Virus record (IMG/VR): IMGVR_UViG_3300000228_000002 | Span: 58,159 to 122,158 of that record | Reading direction: 5' to 3' (one strand) | Length of the DNA: 64,000 bases | Source of the DNA: a virus | Shown here: in pieces, positions 59,552 through 64,000 of the stretch | How the letters are laid out: every line of letters starts with the position of its first letter | Position numbering within the stretch: the stretch's first letter is position 1 | The notes under the pieces: generated by a model | Database searches by the model: none | Told to the model about the DNA's origin: nothing | What the model saw: the letters and a program-made list of their open reading frames with translations, nothing else | Made by a program: the position numbers and the translations under genes

Positions 59552-60987
59552 TGTTTACTGATCCACAACTAAGAGAACTCACAGGTCAACTAATCAATGC
59601 AGATGACAAGATAGCAGGTATCCAAGCATCAGGACAGGCTGCAAGTAACAATAAGCAGGACTTCCAGGATTTAGACAATCAAGAAAAAGTCTACTTTGAC
59701 AACTGGTTAAACATTATCGATCAGTTTCATATAGAACTAAAGCTTCTTAATGCATCTCAAAGAACTTTGTACGATCAAGCATTTGTGGACCCAGCCGCTA
59801 GATTATCGCCAGGAAACGTACACTTCTCTAGCTGGGCAGGATATAAGCCAAAGCTAGTTGATTCAAATAATGGTAATCCAATAGCCGCTTATAGCGGTCA
59901 CTATGAAATAGATCGCATTAACAGAATAGTGGAATGGACTGGGAAGATTAAAACTGGATTTACTGGTGCACCAGTCTCAGGAACGGGGCATTCATATTCT
60001 GCTGGCTCTTTCCAAGTGGCATCACCAGTTGTACCGGTAGCCGGACAACCTATAGTTCTGTATCAGGCTAATGCTGCAATTTATGGTATATGCACTGGGT
60101 TTACTTCAATAGTAAACCCTACACCCCCACCAGCATCGACCACTGCAATCACCCTTACTGTCTTGGAGACATACGGTACACTTTCTGGATCGTTTACATT
60201 TGATCAGAATAGTAGTGGATTCTCAAACGCAGTCAGGACTTCAACTAGCAACGATGGCTTTCTTTTGATGTGTAAGCAAATTCTAACTAACACATCTAAC
60301 AACCTTATAACGGTTCTGGATCAAGAGTTAACAGCACTCAATGCTAACGACTCAAAAGAAGACCTCACAGAGATAGACAATGCAAAGACATCAACCAATT
60401 CCATCAAGACTACCGTATCAAATTGGGTGAACCTGATTGATGTCCCAACGTCCAACCAGCTCAAGTACGGCGATACTCAGATTAACCCGTATAACACTGC
60501 TCTCATTACAAGAAGAGACACATACATTCCTAGCAGGGTTTCCCAAATAATTGCCAGTCTTGGGAGCATTACGCAACCTAATACCACTGATGTATCAGGG
60601 AACGGAAGATATAATGACCTATATACTAGCCTCAACATAAGAATACACAAGATATCAGGACATTTGAGAAATTTCTATCAGATGGATTTGGCTGTAGTGG
60701 CATCCCAGGAACAGGTAGATGTCAAATTAGCTGAGGCTACAAGAAACAAAAATTATGCAGTGGTCAAATTATTGATTGAGGAGCCATCCGGTACCAACGT
60801 CATCATAATTAAGGACATTTCAAAATTGAATATCGGAGATGCTGTGAAAGTAATGGACAATGCCGTAGAAGGTGTTCTTGACTTCACGATTACCGACATC
60901 ACCGCTCCGAATATCGTAACCCTTTCAGAAGTCGTTCCCCCGAAATATACTGTAAGTAATCAAGTCCGTCTGGTAAAGATCCTTTAA
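59542..60987 (+). CDS. virion structural protein (baseplate/tail region)
   Basis: 481 aa, Thr/Asn-rich, in the baseplate operon. Confidence 0.55.
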   Translation: MAIVFTDPQLRELTGQLINADDKIAGIQASGQAASNNKQDFQDLDNQEKVYFDNWLNIIDQFHIELKLLNASQRTLYDQAFVDPAARLSPGNVHFSSWAGYKPKLVDSNNGNPIAAYSGHYEIDRINRIVEWTGKIKTGFTGAPVSGTGHSYSAGSFQVASPVVPVAGQPIVLYQANAAIYGICTGFTSIVNPTPPPASTTAITLTVLETYGTLSGSFTFDQNSSGFSNAVRTSTSNDGFLLMCKQILTNTSNNLITVLDQELTALNANDSKEDLTEIDNAKTSTNSIKTTVSNWVNLIDVPTSNQLKYGDTQINPYNTALITRRDTYIPSRVSQIIASLGSITQPNTTDVSGNGRYNDLYTSLNIRIHKISGHLRNFYQMDLAVVASQEQVDVKLAEATRNKNYAVVKLLIEEPSGTNVIIIKDISKLNIGDAVKVMDNAVEGVLDFTITDITAPNIVTLSEVVPPKYTVSNQVRLVKIL

Positions 60988-61034
60988 CATAGCTTACTTT
61001 TAGGTATAATATGTTTTTCCTCGGAGCAAGGCAC

Positions 61035-62705
61035 ATGAATACCCGACTAATCAAATCGATTCCTCAACTGGCAAAAGCCGGTTTAAATACTCAAGCAGTG
61101 GATTTAATCAATGTGGTTAAGGCCTCATTTGATATCCCACAAGAGTATAAGGATCATGTTAACGCACTACCTCCACACTTTGTCGAGTTGATGTACAACT
61201 TGTTCAGAGACGCTTGTTACGAGGCATGTGACGCAGGTTTCAAATGTGATGATAAAGCTGTCACAGTTCAAAAAATCGAAATGTCTTTCTCAGAGAAGGC
61301 TCAAAAAGCATTAGAAGTTCTTAGTGATACTGCTGGTCTTCTTGGTGCCCTAAGAAAGTCAATCGAGATTTGTTTCGATTGTGGCCTACAGGAAGGTGGA
61401 CATAAGTCAATCCTGGAACAGTCTGTAGAAGAGAAAGTTGAAGAAAAGATCGAAGAAGCCCCAGTGGACATGGATTGCATCGACAATAGCGATACATCTG
61501 TTACTGCATCTATTGAAAACGATGCTATTCAGAACATGATCAACTATGTAAATAGTCTTAATAATGCAGATAAGACAGCACTTGTTTATGCTCTGGGTCT
61601 CCTTAAGTATGTAGACCCTAGCTCATTAAAAGGTGTAGTTCGCAAGTCTACAACAGCTTCTGCTCCTCTTGAAGAAGTAGTAGTTCCTGAAGTTCCTGTT
61701 GTTGAAGATCTTACTGGTCTAGTTCATAATGATCTAGTAGCTCCTCTATCAGAAGAGCAGAAAGAAGACATTGCAGAACAAACAGTGGAAAATAGCGAAA
61801 TGGTTGGGATTTACTCAATTCCAGTTCTATTCCAAAAAATTGAAAACATCATGAAGTCTCACCAGTTTTCCAGTGATACAGAAATGGAATGTGAGACTAT
61901 CGATATTCTTGTTGACGGAATCGACAGCCTGACTATTGATGAAGTATGTCAAATTGCTTCTGATAAGATGAATGTAGATTGTACACCTTGCACTAGCATC
62001 GAGCAAATGCTTGACTGTCTAGATAACCAGGCAGACGTTATCACTAATCTTCTTGGCATTCCGGCTACAGTAATTTTCTTAGTGAAAGACAATGCCCTTA
62101 CACTTTCGGCCTGTTTTTCTAAATTTGATGTAGCTAAGATGCTTGAGACTCACCCGGACAATGCTACTACACCAGTAGTAGGTTCTCACGGTAGAACTCA
62201 AAACCCGATTTCACTCGGAATCAAAAAAGAAGTCGAGTGTCTAGCTCGAATGAATTCTCTTTCTGGTGTCAAGATGAAAGATCTTAAAAAAGGTGCACCA
62301 AGAATGGCACAATACGTGTCAGCATTGGTTGCTGATTTCCGAACCGGTAAGATTTGTGCATGGAGTATGGCTAAATCAGTTAAGAAATCAATGGCAGACC
62401 TTGTAGAAAGCTGTTATGGGGTTGATGCAAAACTTTACTATGATCATCTTAAAGGTGACAAGGTTACAAAGGCTTCTACAAACGTAGCTTACGAGTCCAA
62501 AGACTTCAATGAGATTCAGAATAAGTGGATGATCATTAAGCAAGGCAAGATGGTAGGTGATTCTCCTAAACAGTTTGACATCGTAGATGCATATGTAATT
62601 GTCAATAACAGTGATGATTATGTTGACTGCGAGTACAAAATTGGAAATAAGATCTACACATTAGAAGAGATCAAGGATATTGAAAAGAAAGGCAAAAAGG
62701 TCTAA
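61035..62705 (+). CDS. acidic hypothetical protein (possible internal head protein)
   Basis: Long acidic ORF with repeated VTAS/TTAS/VKAS/TKAS motifs. Confidence 0.6.
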   Translation: MNTRLIKSIPQLAKAGLNTQAVDLINVVKASFDIPQEYKDHVNALPPHFVELMYNLFRDACYEACDAGFKCDDKAVTVQKIEMSFSEKAQKALEVLSDTAGLLGALRKSIEICFDCGLQEGGHKSILEQSVEEKVEEKIEEAPVDMDCIDNSDTSVTASIENDAIQNMINYVNSLNNADKTALVYALGLLKYVDPSSLKGVVRKSTTASAPLEEVVVPEVPVVEDLTGLVHNDLVAPLSEEQKEDIAEQTVENSEMVGIYSIPVLFQKIENIMKSHQFSSDTEMECETIDILVDGIDSLTIDEVCQIASDKMNVDCTPCTSIEQMLDCLDNQADVITNLLGIPATVIFLVKDNALTLSACFSKFDVAKMLETHPDNATTPVVGSHGRTQNPISLGIKKEVECLARMNSLSGVKMKDLKKGAPRMAQYVSALVADFRTGKICAWSMAKSVKKSMADLVESCYGVDAKLYYDHLKGDKVTKASTNVAYESKDFNEIQNKWMIIKQGKMVGDSPKQFDIVDAYVIVNNSDDYVDCEYKIGNKIYTLEEIKDIEKKGKKV

Positions 62706-62706
62706 T

Positions 62707-63051
62707 ATGAAAGAAAAAATCGTTTTTCTAACTGTAGCATCCCTTGAAGAAGACTTTGCAGAAGGCAAGTCCATGTACCCAGCTGATCTGAGAAGAGCCA
62801 TTGAAAGACACGGAGAAGCAAATGTTGATGATTTCCTAATCGATAATAATGTTTGCTTCAGTACCGATGTTGAAAGTATTGTTAAGATGGAGCTTAATCA
62901 CATCGTAGGGTCGGACTTCTCTGAGTATACACACAATCTACCAATTGCAAGACTTGATGGAGACTATGACAGTATAGTTCTTGAAAGTTCAATGGGGGCT
63001 GGGGAAGAGAACAAAATCACCTGCCGAAAAATCAAAGTTTGTAGATTTTAA
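62707..63051 (+). CDS. hypothetical protein
   Basis: ATG directly after the upstream stop. Confidence 0.6.
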   Translation: MKEKIVFLTVASLEEDFAEGKSMYPADLRRAIERHGEANVDDFLIDNNVCFSTDVESIVKMELNHIVGSDFSEYTHNLPIARLDGDYDSIVLESSMGAGEENKITCRKIKVCRF

Positions 63052-63076
63052 TTCTATCTAAATATTTCTATTGAAT

Positions 63077-63105
63077 AAGAGGCTCCTAATTGGAGCCTCT
63101 TCTGT
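63077..63105 (+). terminator. intrinsic terminator
   Basis: AAGAGGCTCC-TAATT-GGAGCCTCTT. Confidence 0.75.
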
Positions 63106-63164
63106 ATTGAATTGAAATATCTAGGTTAACTTAGAAAACGAAAACTATCCTAAGGAAGCCTATT

Positions 63165-64000
63165 GTGAGTAATCGATTTTCAGCATCGCTAAATATAAGT
63201 TCTATCCTTGATGTCAATCAACCTTATGCTATTGAAGCACAGTTTGATGACCAACGTGGTATATATGCCGAGACTGGTATCCAGATCGGTATGTCAGTTG
63301 TGGATAAGGGTGGAAATTTGTATCGAGTTGACTCGATCATATCCCTATCTCCACTCAGACTTCGACTAACATATATTGACTCCAATACCCCAGCTGTTCC
63401 TCTAAACGGTTTGGGCATAATCGGGGAGGTTGCAACGGATATTCCTGTCATGGAGATATATCCCTTTGCTGATGGTGAGTTAGCTACCATTGCACTCAAC
63501 TTGAACCAGGTGATAATTCAGCAGTATGCTAACAACCAGGGCAATGGTCAAGGCCCAACTGGTGCCAAAGGAAATCAAGGTTTCCAAGGACAAAAAGGTT
63601 CAACTGGTATTCAGGGACCACAGGGACCAAAAGGTTCAACTGGTATTGCTGGTACTCAAGGGTTTATGGGTGTTACAGGAGCCAAAGGTAACGATGGCTT
63701 TACAGGTATACCAGGTCCCAAGGGCAATCAGGGTTCAACTGGTATCCGAGGCGAAAAGGGTGAAAAGGGAACTACAGGAATTCAAGGAAATGAAGGTCAA
63801 AGGGGTCCAACTGGCCCTCAAGGATCATTAGGTGCCAAAGGTGCCACTGGTACTCAAGGCCCAACGGGTGTTGGAACTGAGGGACCACAAGGTGCCACAG
63901 GTATTGGTGCCCAAGGAGCCACTGGCATTCAAGGATTCCAAGGAAACACGGGTCCGCAAGGAAACGTTGGGTCTCAAGGATCTCAAGGAGCCACAGGCTT
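63165..64000 (+). CDS. second collagen-like fibre protein, truncated by the window end
   Basis: GTG start after AAGGA; open frame entering G-X-Y repeats at about 63550. Confidence 0.85.
   Translation, partial: MSNRFSASLNISSILDVNQPYAIEAQFDDQRGIYAETGIQIGMSVVDKGGNLYRVDSIISLSPLRLRLTYIDSNTPAVPLNGLGIIGEVATDIPVMEIYPFADGELATIALNLNQVIIQQYANNQGNGQGPTGAKGNQGFQGQKGSTGIQGPQGPKGSTGIAGTQGFMGVTGAKGNDGFTGIPGPKGNQGSTGIRGEKGEKGTTGIQGNEGQRGPTGPQGSLGAKGATGTQGPTGVGTEGPQGATGIGAQGATGIQGFQGNTGPQGNVGSQGSQGATG

Overview
The window is a 64 kb segment of a large (jumbo-type) tailed dsDNA phage genome, read in the standard code. Replication and recombination genes include DnaX-like clamp loader, DnaN-like clamp, DEDD exonucleases, intein-containing DinG helicase, primase, SSB, RecA and SbcCD. 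Other genes encode one clear and one divergent sigma70-like factor, nucleotide and sugar enzymes (TK, dUTPase, RmlB, RmlD-like), a methyltransferase with two radical SAM/SPASM enzymes, and three tRNAs. Head genes are an intein-containing terminase, portal, scaffold-like and decoration-like proteins; tail/baseplate genes, two collagen-like fibres and several HNH endonucleases are also present. The most striking element is a circularly permuted multi-TRD C5 DNA methyltransferase with a 642-nt dual-coding insertion: it is open in the MTase frame and encodes a Zn-finger/HNH endonuclease with one premature stop in the -1 frame. There is a lambda-type GGGAAAG -1 frameshift that extends the SSB with a Cys-rich domain, and a second -1 frameshift in a tail-chaperone-like pair. 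Two tRNAs are aberrant. An intergenic locus holds a multi-stem RNA structure and an SD-sequestered hydrophobic peptide. A recurring T/V-x-A motif in head-region proteins may mark protease cleavage sites. All assignments come from reading motifs by eye; no database searches were run.
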